Part shown: piece after piece, positions 48,625 to 58,067 of the stretch
How positions within the stretch are numbered: position 1 is the stretch's first letter
Layout: each line of letters opens with the position of its first letter
NCBI GenBank assembly: GCA_964640175.1
Contig: CAZXFW010000003.1
Coordinates: 256,072-320,071 of the forward strand
From: an uncultured Polyangiales bacterium
GTDB lineage: Bacteria; Myxococcota_A; Polyangia; Polyangiales; GCA-016699535
DNA: 64,000 nt
Direction: 5' to 3'
Notes under the pieces: model-generated
Database searches by the model: none
Seen by the model: only the letters and a program-made list of their open reading frames with translations
Told to the model about the DNA's origin: nothing
Translations under genes and position numbers: made by a program

Positions 48625-49983
48625 CTAAGCGTGTTCTCTTAGTTTATTATACAGAGTACGGCGACTGATACCTAGAATACGCGCAGCTTGACTGCGATTG
48701 CCGCCACTACGTTGCAACGCTTGAAGAATGGCGTCACGTTCTGCATCTTTACGCTGTGTGTTCAAATCAAAATCAGTGGTTACTTCGTCATGAGACGTTA
48801 ACGTTTCCGCAGGCATGAATGCAGAAAAGTGCTTTCTGGTCTCATCTACATCGATATTTTTCTTGTCAGACAAAATGACTAAACGCTCGATAAAATTGCG
48901 AAGCTCGCGCACATTACCACGCCACGGCTGTTGCCTTAGAAACACAATCGCATCCTCGGTAAGCACCAAACGGTCTCGTGCATTTTCTTTTGCAAATTCC
49001 GAGCAAAATGACTGAGCTAAGGCGCGAATATCCTCTGGCCGTTCACGTAATGCGGGCACCTGAAGAGATACCACGTTAAGGCGGTAATACAAATCTTCCC
49101 GAAAACGCTGCGCTTTGACCATGGTTGCTAAATCGCGGTGCGTGGCAGCGATGATACGGACATCGACACGGACCGTGGTAGCACTTCCCACCGGTTGAAC
49201 TTCCTTTTCTTGCAAAAGCCGAAGCAACTTGGGTTGCAAACTCTGTGGAGCCTCGCCGATCTCGTCGAGAAACAGCGTGCCTCCTTCTGCAAAACGCACG
49301 CGTCCTGGACGAGCATGGCTTGCGCCAGTAAAAGCGCCTTTTTCATGACCGAACAACTCAGCTTCCAACAACCCTTCAGGAACTGCTGCACAGTTGACCA
49401 CCACAAACGGATACTGGCTGCGAGCACTACGTTCATGAATCGCACGCGCAAGCAGCTCCTTACCTGTACCAGTTTCGCCCTGAATCAACACCGTTGCCTG
49501 ACTTGGCGCAACTTTAAGCACCAGACGGCTAAGCTCAGCCATCATCCCCTCGGGCTCAGCAATCATGCCGGGCAAGTGAACACTTGACGATGTCTCTGCC
49601 GATCGTTCAGCTAAGACCGCTGCTTTGTGCACAACACGCAACACCTCAGCACGTTCAAATGGTTTGACCAAAAAGTCCGTAGCCCCTTCCTGCATCGCTG
49701 CCACGGCTAATGGGATAGAGCCGTGAGCAGTTAACATGATGATTTGGACTTCCGGCCAGCGGGCCTTAGTACAACGCAATAGCTCCAGACCATCCATGCC
49801 TGGCATACGCAAATCCGTGATCATTACTTCGACCGGCTGTGATTCCAACACAGCAAGAGCTTCCTGAGCGTTACGCGCATATCGCACATGAAAACCATCC
49901 TGTACTAGCAATGCACTGAGCACAGTACCGACTGACTCATCGTCATCCACTAGCAGAATCCATGATCGCTCAGCATCCATCAT
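48625..49983 (-). CDS. Sigma54-dependent Fis-family response regulator (NtrC-like)
   Basis: Receiver domain ([20 protein letters not shown]), AAA+ region ([14 protein letters not shown]) and a C-terminal HTH ([17 protein letters not shown]). Confidence 0.92.
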   Translation of the reverse strand: MMDAERSWILLVDDDESVGTVLSALLVQDGFHVRYARNAQEALAVLESQPVEVMITDLRMPGMDGLELLRCTKARWPEVQIIMLTAHGSIPLAVAAMQEGATDFLVKPFERAEVLRVVHKAAVLAERSAETSSSVHLPGMIAEPEGMMAELSRLVLKVAPSQATVLIQGETGTGKELLARAIHERSARSQYPFVVVNCAAVPEGLLEAELFGHEKGAFTGASHARPGRVRFAEGGTLFLDEIGEAPQSLQPKLLRLLQEKEVQPVGSATTVRVDVRIIAATHRDLATMVKAQRFREDLYYRLNVVSLQVPALRERPEDIRALAQSFCSEFAKENARDRLVLTEDAIVFLRQQPWRGNVRELRNFIERLVILSDKKNIDVDETRKHFSAFMPAETLTSHDEVTTDFDLNTQRKDAERDAILQALQRSGGNRSQAARILGISRRTLYNKLREHA

Positions 49984-51487
49984 TGTTCACGCGTTCTATG
50001 CTACGGGGCATGCACATTCGCACGCTGGTGCCACCGCCAGGAATGCTCTGAATGCTAAGCTCACCATCATGCACCACTAGCACTTGTTTAGCGAATGCAA
50101 GTCCAAGCCCTGATCCTGTAGGCTTGGTGGTATAAAAATGTTCACCGACTTGCTCAAGCTCTCGCGCATTCATTCCGCCACCTTCGTCTCTCACTATAAT
50201 AACAACCCAATCATCCTGCGATTCGGCAGTAACTCCCAGTTTTCCTCCCTGGGGCATAGCCTCAATTGCGTTTTTAAAGACATTCTCAAAAGCAGCGCGT
50301 AACAGCTCTGCATCCATCGCGCAAAAACCCAAGTCGGCGTGTAGCTTCACTTCTACTGTGACGTTTGCAGGCGTATATAATTGCACCGCATCTAATACAG
50401 ACTGTAGCCACGGCCCCACAGACGTCACTAACTTCTGGGGCTTAACTTCCGCCATTCGCCGATACGTATGACTGAGCTGTTCCAGTCGTTCAGTCTCCTT
50501 GACCATAAGAGCAACAAACGACATATGCGTATCAAGCGAGCGTCCTTGTTGATTCTCTTCCTGCAAAAATTGCAGCGCTCCTTTTATCGCCGCTAATGGA
50601 TTGCGTAGATCGTGGGTCAATTGATCGGACATTTTCCCTAAAAGCACCCAACGCTGAGTCGCCATCCGCTGTTGGGCTGCTTCATAAACCACACGAGCTA
50701 TCATCAGTACTACCAAACAACCACTCAGTATGCTGATGAAACCGAAGAACATGTTTCTGGCCTCAAAAGCATGTGCTGTTATGGTATAGCCTATGATAAT
50801 TGCCACGATTGCCGTCATGATGTACAGCATGAATGCCCAGAAACCATTATCTTCCAACAACCCAAAGCCTAGCGTCGCAACCGAAAAAACCAAGGCGCTT
50901 ATCAACGTTGCAAGATGGCCTGTACGCGGTAACTCCAGCCCCATGCCAGCTAGGAGCTCCATACTGCCAAAAAAAGTTGCAAGCACTAACCCCCACAACA
51001 TAATTTTCGCACGAGATCGTTCTTCCTTCACCAATTGCATTCGATAGTGGCGTAACAACAAACTACAGCCCAGGCTCATCGCTGCAAGTGCAAGAACCAA
51101 GTAAGCCATGTCCCATAACGCAGAGAGTTGAAAACTTCTTGCCCAATCAGCCACGCCTGACAACGCAGCGCTTGCCGCCAGCAAACCAAAACCTATGTAT
51201 AGCGGCCACACATAACGACTTAAGGCGCGCCGCTTCCCCACGAACACCAACACCCAGTGCAGACCCAGTGGGGGAACAAGCGGCGAAATCGTCGTATCCA
51301 AAACATGCCATACATAATCGTCACTAAATTCATAAAACCAAGCTGCAAAAGTCCATCCAATAAACGCCAAACACAATAAAGCTAGAGCGCGTGCTAGTGC
51401 ACTACGCTGACTCTGTGACAGAGCAAGTAACAACACGCACAGTTGCCCCCCACACGCCAACAGCACAGTAAAACCATATAGTGTCAC
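49970..51487 (-). CDS. Sensor histidine kinase with multi-TM N-terminal sensor
   Basis: 505 aa with about 7 hydrophobic helices, then the H-box LTHDLRNPL, N-box FKNAIEA, and G-boxes DEGGGM and GSGLGL. Confidence 0.88.
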   Translation of the reverse strand: MTLYGFTVLLACGGQLCVLLLALSQSQRSALARALALLCLAFIGWTFAAWFYEFSDDYVWHVLDTTISPLVPPLGLHWVLVFVGKRRALSRYVWPLYIGFGLLAASAALSGVADWARSFQLSALWDMAYLVLALAAMSLGCSLLLRHYRMQLVKEERSRAKIMLWGLVLATFFGSMELLAGMGLELPRTGHLATLISALVFSVATLGFGLLEDNGFWAFMLYIMTAIVAIIIGYTITAHAFEARNMFFGFISILSGCLVVLMIARVVYEAAQQRMATQRWVLLGKMSDQLTHDLRNPLAAIKGALQFLQEENQQGRSLDTHMSFVALMVKETERLEQLSHTYRRMAEVKPQKLVTSVGPWLQSVLDAVQLYTPANVTVEVKLHADLGFCAMDAELLRAAFENVFKNAIEAMPQGGKLGVTAESQDDWVVIIVRDEGGGMNARELEQVGEHFYTTKPTGSGLGLAFAKQVLVVHDGELSIQSIPGGGTSVRMCMPRSIERVNNDGC

Positions 51488-51511
51488 GGGAAACCTAACA
51501 CGAACAGGATA

Positions 51512-52681
51512 CTACTGCGGCAATAGTATATTGCGAAATATTATTTCTCGGCGAGATAGATCATCCGCCTTTGTATTTTCAGGATCATGCATAAATCGAG
51601 AGAGTTTTTCAAGGTTTACTTCAAATGGCGAGACATGGAATCCCTCATTCGAACTAAGTCGCTCGGCGTGACAACCCTGACAACTGCCCAAGCGAAGTGC
51701 TTCGTTTGTTTCGGCATCTACTGTATCAATCTGGGGTATTTCGTCGCCTAGTTGCACAATGCCCGCCAACAACTCTGATGGAAGCAGATAATCGTCTTGA
51801 AGCACCTCATCCTGATTGGTTTTGACCCAAACACCCAGCTCTTCCAGATCTTGATAATGAGGAGTATTGCTTAGACCTCGCGATTTTAGTCGAGTGCGCG
51901 AATCGTTCCAACCGAACTCAATGAACATATTAGTATCTGAGAACGTCCGATCGTTGATGCGAAGCTGCAAAAAATTGTCGCTACTGTATGAATTGAGTGC
52001 AAAGGCATTGGTAATACCTTCCAACTGTTGTTTGTAGTCGTTCCCAAAATCACTGAACCCCGACAAAGCATGCCATGCCCTCGCCCATTCCAATGGAGAA
52101 AGGCTATTCGACAATCCGAACTCGACAACGATAGTCGTTGCCAGGTTTTCTGAAAGGGAATCGTCTGCAGGACCATCGGTCACGGCAAATACCAAACGAC
52201 CTTCCCCGGAGTTAAACCGTGCGTGCGCTTTACTCCCAAGATCCATGCGATTGGAAATCGCTATCAAGCGAAATGGCGCTTGATCCAAGTTCAGGTGCTC
52301 TTCTGCACAATGTGTACAATCATGATTGCAGCTATTCTGTGGATTTGCTTTTAGCCAGGGGCAAATGAGTTTCGCATACAGTTTACCCGCTTGCTCAGGA
52401 CGACTTTGTCGAATCAGAGCATGCCATTCGCGCAACCAATCCAACACGAATTGTTCAGACAATACTTCTGATGGTGTCAACGACTCCATGACTTTTCCGA
52501 AACTCCACGGTCCGTTGTTTGTGTTTTTAGTACGCACGTCATTCATAATAGATTCATCGACAATTTCGAGTTCTTGGAATCTGCGAATAACGGTTTGGTT
52601 ACTGTCAGGAGGATCAATCACACATGCATTAAGTAGCAACACACCAAACATGTAATACAACTTCAACGACATGATTCTCAT
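51512..52681 (-). CDS. Lipoprotein with one CxxCH motif, unknown function
   Basis: Lipobox LLLNAC, CQGCH near the C-terminus, and a second Cys cluster CNHDCTHC. Its ATG overlaps the upstream TGA (ATGA). Confidence 0.6.
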   Translation of the reverse strand: MRIMSLKLYYMFGVLLLNACVIDPPDSNQTVIRRFQELEIVDESIMNDVRTKNTNNGPWSFGKVMESLTPSEVLSEQFVLDWLREWHALIRQSRPEQAGKLYAKLICPWLKANPQNSCNHDCTHCAEEHLNLDQAPFRLIAISNRMDLGSKAHARFNSGEGRLVFAVTDGPADDSLSENLATTIVVEFGLSNSLSPLEWARAWHALSGFSDFGNDYKQQLEGITNAFALNSYSSDNFLQLRINDRTFSDTNMFIEFGWNDSRTRLKSRGLSNTPHYQDLEELGVWVKTNQDEVLQDDYLLPSELLAGIVQLGDEIPQIDTVDAETNEALRLGSCQGCHAERLSSNEGFHVSPFEVNLEKLSRFMHDPENTKADDLSRREIIFRNILLPQ

Positions 52682-53358
52682 AGCCGAATCGTCATTCCTA
52701 TCGAAAACGTAAATGGCGGACCGCCTACCCAGTCATCACCAGCCAGCTCGACCCCGCTCAGCACTACGCCACCTTCTACGAATAACGTGCCGTCGGTCCA
52801 CAGATCATACGACACGCCTGTTATCAACGTGTTCCATACACCGAAACCCGTAACACTCTCAGCGCCAGCACCGTATGGTGTTTGTCGCTTATCTGAGCCT
52901 TCGATAGTTTGCTCAATGTTGTCGATGGAGGACGCTACGATCACGCCGCCGCCCGCAAAAGCGCGCCAATCTGTAGATAACCGTGCATCAAGGGCAAGCA
53001 CAGGACGCATCAAAAGCCATGGTGCGCCACCTGGTGAGTTAGTTTCTGGATAATAGAGAACCGGCACAACTACCGTAAAACGGTATCTTGAAATTTCCAA
53101 AACAGTCATACGAGGACGAGCCCCTACCCCCAATACTCGAGGGGTAGCGCCGAAAATAACGCCAAAGCTGAGGTCGTCCGTCAAACCATACGCTGCCTCA
53201 CTGATTCCAACGAAAGGCACACCTGTTGCAGCGGAAACCGAAAAGCGTCCTGCCCCTGGGTGTAATGAATCTGCCACGACAACATGCGGCACAAACATTG
53301 AGGCACCCAGGACAACGGCGCCCAGCCATCGATGATAGTGGGGTTTGTACGTTTGCAT
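52678..53358 (-). CDS. Probable outer-membrane beta-barrel protein
   Basis: Signal (MQTYKPHYHRWLGAVVLGASMFVPHVVVA) and an alternating hydrophobic pattern (e.g. LSFGVIFGATP, FTFSIGMTIRL). The ORF opens at 53379. Confidence 0.5.
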   Translation of the reverse strand: MQTYKPHYHRWLGAVVLGASMFVPHVVVADSLHPGAGRFSVSAATGVPFVGISEAAYGLTDDLSFGVIFGATPRVLGVGARPRMTVLEISRYRFTVVVPVLYYPETNSPGGAPWLLMRPVLALDARLSTDWRAFAGGGVIVASSIDNIEQTIEGSDKRQTPYGAGAESVTGFGVWNTLITGVSYDLWTDGTLFVEGGVVLSGVELAGDDWVGGPPFTFSIGMTIRL

Positions 53359-53586
53359 AACGGCTATGCAAATGCACAAACCGTACCACCCCTAAACTAG
53401 TCTAAATTACCCACAAGCGCTGTGTATACAGTCCCTGACTGTGCACGTTTTTGCACAACAAATGGATACACCTCTCCCGACCGCTGCGCATTACAATCCG
53501 AGATAGCAAGAGATTTACAATGTTGAAACTTTCTTGTGCTCTTTGGATACTTGGCTAAAGAGGACACATGCTTTTGCGGCGCCTTG

Positions 53587-54354
53587 TCAAAAGATAAAGT
53601 CGCCAGTGAAGCAGCTGATGGTCGTTTCCACTCTAAAGTTCGATTGGGTGGTGTGACGCTCAGCAAAAAACAAATCGAACGAGTACGTGTTGCCGGGCGT
53701 AATACCGAGTTCAGATGCCAGCTCGTCCATATCCGCTGTTGCCTCTTGAACCCCGTGCACGCCGCCGAGATCAATAGCAAGCTTGCCATTGATAAACAGA
53801 AACAGATCGTCATCGCCGCGGAAGGTAAATATCTCGCCGCCGTTATAGCTGAACAACGAATGAAGCTCCATCGTAAAATGAAAATTATGATCGTTGGCTT
53901 CATTGCCAAAACCTTGACCGTCAATCGGAAAGAATGAATTGCTGTCGTATACCCAGCCGTTCCCCTCTTTGGTCAACTCAAGCTGCGCTTCAATTGGCAT
54001 GTTGGTTCCCGGTACGTTGCGATACCATTGATCGAACGTCGCACGGCTTTCAACGGTCTGAAACGACCCACTCTCGTTGAATACTGGCTTTTTATCGGTG
54101 CCAAGGTCAGACAAAACAATCCCATGCTCCGACACAACGGCGCCTTCAAAGTCAGGATGGGCTGCTTTAAAATCGCGGTACACCACTGCGAATAATCCAT
54201 CGCATTGCTCGCCAGCATCATTCCGCTGTGACGTATCAAAATTATTCGCATCGCCTCCGTCGTTTGAAGCGTCTCCGTTTCCGTTTCCTCCGGAACCCGC
54301 GCAGCTCGTTAACAACAGGCCCATGAAAATAAGTTTTAATGAATCGGTTCGCAT
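53587..54354 (-). CDS. Fibro-slime (PA14-like) domain lipoprotein
   Basis: Lipobox LLLTSC. Hallmark FTFRGDDDLFLFINGKLAIDLGGVHG and FFAERHTTQSNFRVET. Confidence 0.8.
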   Translation of the reverse strand: MRTDSLKLIFMGLLLTSCAGSGGNGNGDASNDGGDANNFDTSQRNDAGEQCDGLFAVVYRDFKAAHPDFEGAVVSEHGIVLSDLGTDKKPVFNESGSFQTVESRATFDQWYRNVPGTNMPIEAQLELTKEGNGWVYDSNSFFPIDGQGFGNEANDHNFHFTMELHSLFSYNGGEIFTFRGDDDLFLFINGKLAIDLGGVHGVQEATADMDELASELGITPGNTYSFDLFFAERHTTQSNFRVETTISCFTGDFIF

Positions 54355-54360
54355 CTTGTG

Positions 54361-54366
54361 ATTATA
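54361..54366 (-). promoter_or_regulatory. -10-like TATAAT 6 nt upstream of the fibro-slime ATG (possible leaderless transcript)
   Basis: The minus strand reads cagTATAATcacaagATG. No Shine-Dalgarno and no convincing -35. Confidence 0.3.
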
Positions 54367-54499
54367 CTGTCAGAGTTGAAACTGCGCTACAAAGAAGGTC
54401 GCACCTTGTCAGTAAGTGTGTGCTGATGCAGTCGCGTTCGAAGTGCACTACCGTGCGAATCGACCACCGGCTCGTATGCCACAAGCCATAGTTTGAACA

Positions 54500-54528
54500 T
54501 TGAATCAGGCGGCTATCGGGTGTATAAT
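54500..54528 (+). promoter_or_regulatory. Near-consensus sigma70-type promoter for the catalase gene
   Basis: TTGAAT (54500-54505), a 17-nt spacer, then TATAAT (54523-54528). The RBS GGAG precedes ATG 54563. Confidence 0.5.
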
Positions 54529-54562
54529 TGCGCGCATTCCAACGCTGCGAAGGAGAACCGCC

Positions 54563-56062
54563 ATGAGCAAGCCTTCCGATCCTGCTGAAAAGACGGCGCT
54601 GACGACTGACTTCGGCGCCCCAGTTCCTGATAATCAGAATAGCCTCACTGCAGGGCCGCGCGGTCCACTGCTCTCGCAGGACGTGTGGCTGAATGAAAAG
54701 CTCGCCAACTTCGTGCGCGAGGTCATCCCTGAGCGGCGCATGCACGCGAAGGGTTCCGGCGCGTTTGGCACCTTCACCGTTACGCACGACATCACTAAGT
54801 TCACGCGCGCGAAGCTCTTCGAAAAAGTCGGCAAAAAAACCGAGTTGTTTGCCCGCTTCACCACCGTGGCCGGCGAACGCGGCGCGGCCGATGCCGAGCG
54901 CGACATCCGCGGCTTCGCGCTTAAGTTCTACACCGAAGAAGGCAACTGGGACATGGTGGGCAACAACACCCCCGTCTTCTTCATCCGGGATCCACGCAAG
55001 TTTCCAGACCTTAATAAGGCGGTCAAGCGCGACCCACGCACCAACATGCGCTCAGCCACCAACAACTGGGACTGGTGGACACTGCTGCCCGAAGCGCTGC
55101 ACCAGGTCACCATCGTGATGAGCGACCGCGGCATCCCGGCCAGCTATCGGCACATGCACGGCTTCGGCTCGCACACCTACAGCTTCTGGAACGCAAAGGG
55201 CGAACGCTTTTGGGTGAAGTTCCACTTTCGCACCGAGCAAGGCATCAAGAACCTGACTGACGCCGAGGCGGCCGAGATGATCGGCAACGACCGTGAGAGC
55301 CACCAGCGCGATTTGTTTGATGCTATCGAGCGTGGTGACTTCCCCAAGTGGAAAATGTTCATCCAGGTGATGCCCGAGATCGACGCCGAAAAGGTGCCTT
55401 ACCATCCATTTGACCTGACGAAAGTCTGGCCAAAGCGCGATTATCCACTGATGGAGGTGGGCGAGTTCGAGCTCAACCGCAACCCGGAGAACTTTTTTGC
55501 CGATGTTGAGCAAAGCGCCTTCGCGCCGAGCAACCTGGTGCCGGGCATCAGCGTTTCGCCCGACAAGATGTTGCAGGCACGCCTGATCAACTACGCGGAT
55601 GCGCAACGCTACCGCCTGGGTGTCAACTACCACCAAATCCCTGTCAACGCCGCACGCTGCCCGGTGCACAGCAACCACCGCGACGGCGCAATCCGCACCG
55701 ATGGTAACTACGGCCGCATGCCGCACTATGAACCCAACAGCTTCGGCAAGTGGCAAGAGCAGCCCCAATACCGCGAACCAGCACTGAAGATCAGCGGCGA
55801 TGCCGACTGGTGGAACTTTCGTGATGACGATGCCAACTACTACAAACAGCCCGGCGACCTCTTCAGGCTCATGACATCTGCACAGCAGCAGGTGCTTTTC
55901 GACAACACCGCACGCGCGATGGGCGATGCGCCGGATTTCATCAAGCAGCGCCACATCGACAATTGCAAAAAAGCCGACCCGGCTTATGGGGCCGGTGTGG
56001 AGGCGGCGTTGCGCAAGCTCGAGACGTTTTCCGGCACCCCCTCGCCCAATAGTTCGCGCTAA
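54563..56062 (+). CDS. katA: Monofunctional heme catalase (small-subunit, clade-3-like)
   Basis: RERIPERVVHAKG-type string ([18 protein letters not shown]), FSTVAGERG-type ([12 protein letters not shown]), RDPRKFPD, and the proximal Tyr region [14 protein letters not shown]. Visibly GC3-rich compared with neighbours. Confidence 0.95.
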   Translation: MSKPSDPAEKTALTTDFGAPVPDNQNSLTAGPRGPLLSQDVWLNEKLANFVREVIPERRMHAKGSGAFGTFTVTHDITKFTRAKLFEKVGKKTELFARFTTVAGERGAADAERDIRGFALKFYTEEGNWDMVGNNTPVFFIRDPRKFPDLNKAVKRDPRTNMRSATNNWDWWTLLPEALHQVTIVMSDRGIPASYRHMHGFGSHTYSFWNAKGERFWVKFHFRTEQGIKNLTDAEAAEMIGNDRESHQRDLFDAIERGDFPKWKMFIQVMPEIDAEKVPYHPFDLTKVWPKRDYPLMEVGEFELNRNPENFFADVEQSAFAPSNLVPGISVSPDKMLQARLINYADAQRYRLGVNYHQIPVNAARCPVHSNHRDGAIRTDGNYGRMPHYEPNSFGKWQEQPQYREPALKISGDADWWNFRDDDANYYKQPGDLFRLMTSAQQQVLFDNTARAMGDAPDFIKQRHIDNCKKADPAYGAGVEAALRKLETFSGTPSPNSSR

Positions 56063-56179
56063 CGCGCAGCCCTTGGCTCTTTACGCGCCTACTCGAACTC
56101 AATCGCATCTCTCTGCCTCATTCCTCGTACAGCCTCTAGAACTTCCGGCGTGTGTGCTTTCTGTTATACCATTCCGTGC

Positions 56180-56340
56180 GTGACTGATTTTACGCGTGTA
56201 CGTGAGCATTTGGTTGATGCACTTTACGCGGACCTCATAGGGCCAAGCGCGGGAGCAAAGGAGCACGCAACCTCGACTGAATTGCTTTCGACCAGGCCGT
56301 CAAGCTGGTATCTCACCGGCTTTTCGCCAGCTCCACACCG
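56180..56340 (+). pseudogene. Orphan N-terminal gene fragment (about 50 codons) of an unidentified larger protein
   Basis: Reads (V)TDFTRVREHLVDALYADLIGPSAGAKEHATSTELLSTRPSSWYLTGF, then degenerates into proline-rich nonsense before the transposase relic. Confidence 0.25.
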
Positions 56341-56591
56341 CATACGAAAACCACATCCTCGACCATCTATTCCAACTCAACCACCACCGCTCTTGAATAG
56401 AGCGTATCGACGCATCATCGGGTGGGCCTACGTGCCTCCGATACAGTGGCTATGGCGTTGAACAACTGCATGGTTCTGCCTGAACTGGCGGAAGTAATGG
56501 CGGATGGGTGGCGGCCGCCGCTGTGATGCAGACAAAAGGGTCGTGATAGTCGCCAAGACTGTGCTGGCCCCGTGCTTGCTGATGCGGGGCG

Positions 56592-57247
56592 ATGCAGCGC
56601 GCACCTGTCAAGGGAAGCTATCAGTCAAGGCGGCCTAAAGAGACAGTTCTGTATCAGACGGTAGCGCAGTACTGGCCCGAGTTTTGTAAAGAGCTTGTTC
56701 AGCATGACAAGCACCTGCCCGCTTTTGTAGAAAAAGAGTTTGAGGCGTATCTGAAGTGCGGGCTGCTCGAGTACGGTTATGGCGTGGCGAGCCCTTGGGC
56801 TGCGCGAGCGCACTCAAGGATGTGTTTGCGAAGAGTGTGGCACGGAGCACAAGGTGGGGTTCAGCTGCAAGCGCCGGGGATTTTGTCCGTCGTGCGCAGG
56901 GCGGCGCATGCAAAATACGGCCACGCATCTGGTGGATTTCGGTGATGCCATATCTTATAGCCGCCAGCGCGCAGGGTAAGATTGCTCTGGGCTGTCAGCA
57001 GGGCCACGGACAGATGCGTCTTGTGGGGCATGAGCCAGTAGGTCCCAGCCCAACGCAGCGCATCGAAGTCCTTGGGTTTTGTGTCTTTGCCGATAGCCGC
57101 ATCGCCGAACACGACAAGCGCGCTCGCTATCGGCTCTGTCGCTACCTGTCCCGGCCCCGGTCGCGACCCAACGACTGCGCCGCTACCGTGATGCACCGCA
57201 GCGCCCGCCAACTTGTTCACTCTTGGATTTTTCCCGGCGGGCTGTGA
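56592..57247 (+). pseudogene. IS91-family (rolling-circle, Y2) transposase relic, part A: frameshifted N-terminus fused by internal deletion to part of the C-terminal third
   Basis: RPKETVLYQTVAQYWPEF..LPAFVEKEFEAYLKCGLLEYG, a frameshift near 56775, then CEECGTEHKVGFSCKRRGFCPSCAGRRM..THLVD, then AASAQGKIALG...FADSRIAEHDKRARYRLCRYLSRP. The catalytic core is missing. Confidence 0.75.
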
Positions 57248-57286
57248 CCGACTGGCCCCAACTCGCGCTCTGCGCCCCCAAGCGAG

Positions 57287-57387
57287 CCTGCGACTGCGGG
57301 CGACTGCCAGCGTAACCCTTTTTCAATCGAGTTCGCCTGCCAGCATCACAACCTGAACCTCACATTCATGCGTTGAAATCCCTAGGC
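57287..57387. repeat. About 101-bp direct repeat, copy 1
   Basis: cctgcgactgcgggcgactgccagcgtaaccc...cattcatgcgttgaaatccctaggc is about 90% identical to 58711-58812. Confidence 0.85.
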
Positions 57388-57414
57388 GTAAAACTGGGCC
57401 TGCAACGTACCAAA

Positions 57415-57443
57415 TTGATAATGTGTACGGCAGTGTGTATATT
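57415..57443 (+). promoter_or_regulatory. Sigma70-type promoter of vapBC with TGTGTA direct repeats
   Basis: TTGATA, a 17-nt spacer, then TATATT ending 7 nt before ATG 57451. TGTGTA occurs at 57423, 57434 and 57446 (11-12 nt phasing). Confidence 0.4.
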
Positions 57444-57450
57444 AATGTGT

Positions 57451-57660
57451 ATGGGAAAGTCACGCACCAATATTGTACTGGATGATGAGTTAGTAGCGGA
57501 AGCGGCAAAGCTTACCGGTATTCGCAAGAAAAAGGAATTAGTACATGAGGCACTACGGTTCCTGATTGCTACAAGGAAGAGAAAAAAACTGACTGACTTA
57601 AGAGGTCATATTCAGTTTGCGCCTGACTACGATTACAAAGCGATGCGCTCTGGCAAATGA
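57451..57660 (+). CDS. vapB: VapB-family antitoxin
   Basis: MGKSRTNIVLDDELVAEAAKLTGIRKKKELVHEALRFLI. Its stop overlaps the vapC start (ATGA). Confidence 0.8.
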   Translation: MGKSRTNIVLDDELVAEAAKLTGIRKKKELVHEALRFLIATRKRKKLTDLRGHIQFAPDYDYKAMRSGK

Positions 57661-58067
57661 TCATCGTAGACACCTCAGTCCTTATCGATCTTCTACGAGG
57701 CAAGAACACGGAGGCCACACTTAGCCTTGCGATTATGGATGACCGAAACATCCCCTTTTCGATACCAGTCGTTTGCTGTCAAGAACTTTTACAGGGAGCG
57801 CGGAACGAGCGGGAATGGAAGAAACTCTCTGAATACCTAAATACCCAGCATCTCGTAGATTTAAGATACGGTTGGCAATCCTACAAAGACGCGGCCCGCA
57901 TCTTTTTTGATTGCAGACGCAAAGGCAGAACTGTACGCAGTACCATTGACTGCATAGTCGCACAAATTGCCCTGGAATATAATGCGGAACTCCTGCATGA
58001 CGATCAAGACTTTGAGCATATCGCAAAAGTACGTGATCTCAAGAAGGTGCTTCTCGCTGAGCCCTGA
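57657..58067 (+). CDS. vapC: PIN-domain ribonuclease toxin VapC
   Basis: MIIVDTSVLIDLL (Asp5), a conserved E in CCQELLQG, D in STIDCIVA, and HDDQDF. Confidence 0.85.
   Translation: MIIVDTSVLIDLLRGKNTEATLSLAIMDDRNIPFSIPVVCCQELLQGARNEREWKKLSEYLNTQHLVDLRYGWQSYKDAARIFFDCRRKGRTVRSTIDCIVAQIALEYNAELLHDDQDFEHIAKVRDLKKVLLAEP

Noticed and set aside
53441-53456. Sigma54-promoter-like GTGCACGTTTTTGCAC between the fibro-slime and barrel genes
   Set aside because: It is on the plus strand while all the genes here are on the minus strand. The GG/GC spacing is off by one and the -24 GG is not intact. More likely it is a small hairpin.
53397-53924. 175-aa minus-strand ORF
   Set aside because: It overlaps the 3' 340 nt of the fibro-slime gene in another frame. 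The non-overlapping part is a 190-nt intergenic region, and there is no signal or motif.
54362-54787. 141-aa minus-strand ORF spanning the catalase promoter and start
   Set aside because: It overlaps the catalase CDS and promoter and has no RBS or motif. The fibro-slime gene already accounts for the minus-strand coding here.
55052-55954. 300-aa ORF antisense to the catalase gene
   Set aside because: It lies entirely within the well-supported catalase CDS. It is Arg/Ala/Val/Gly-rich with no motif, the typical open antisense frame of GC-rich coding DNA.
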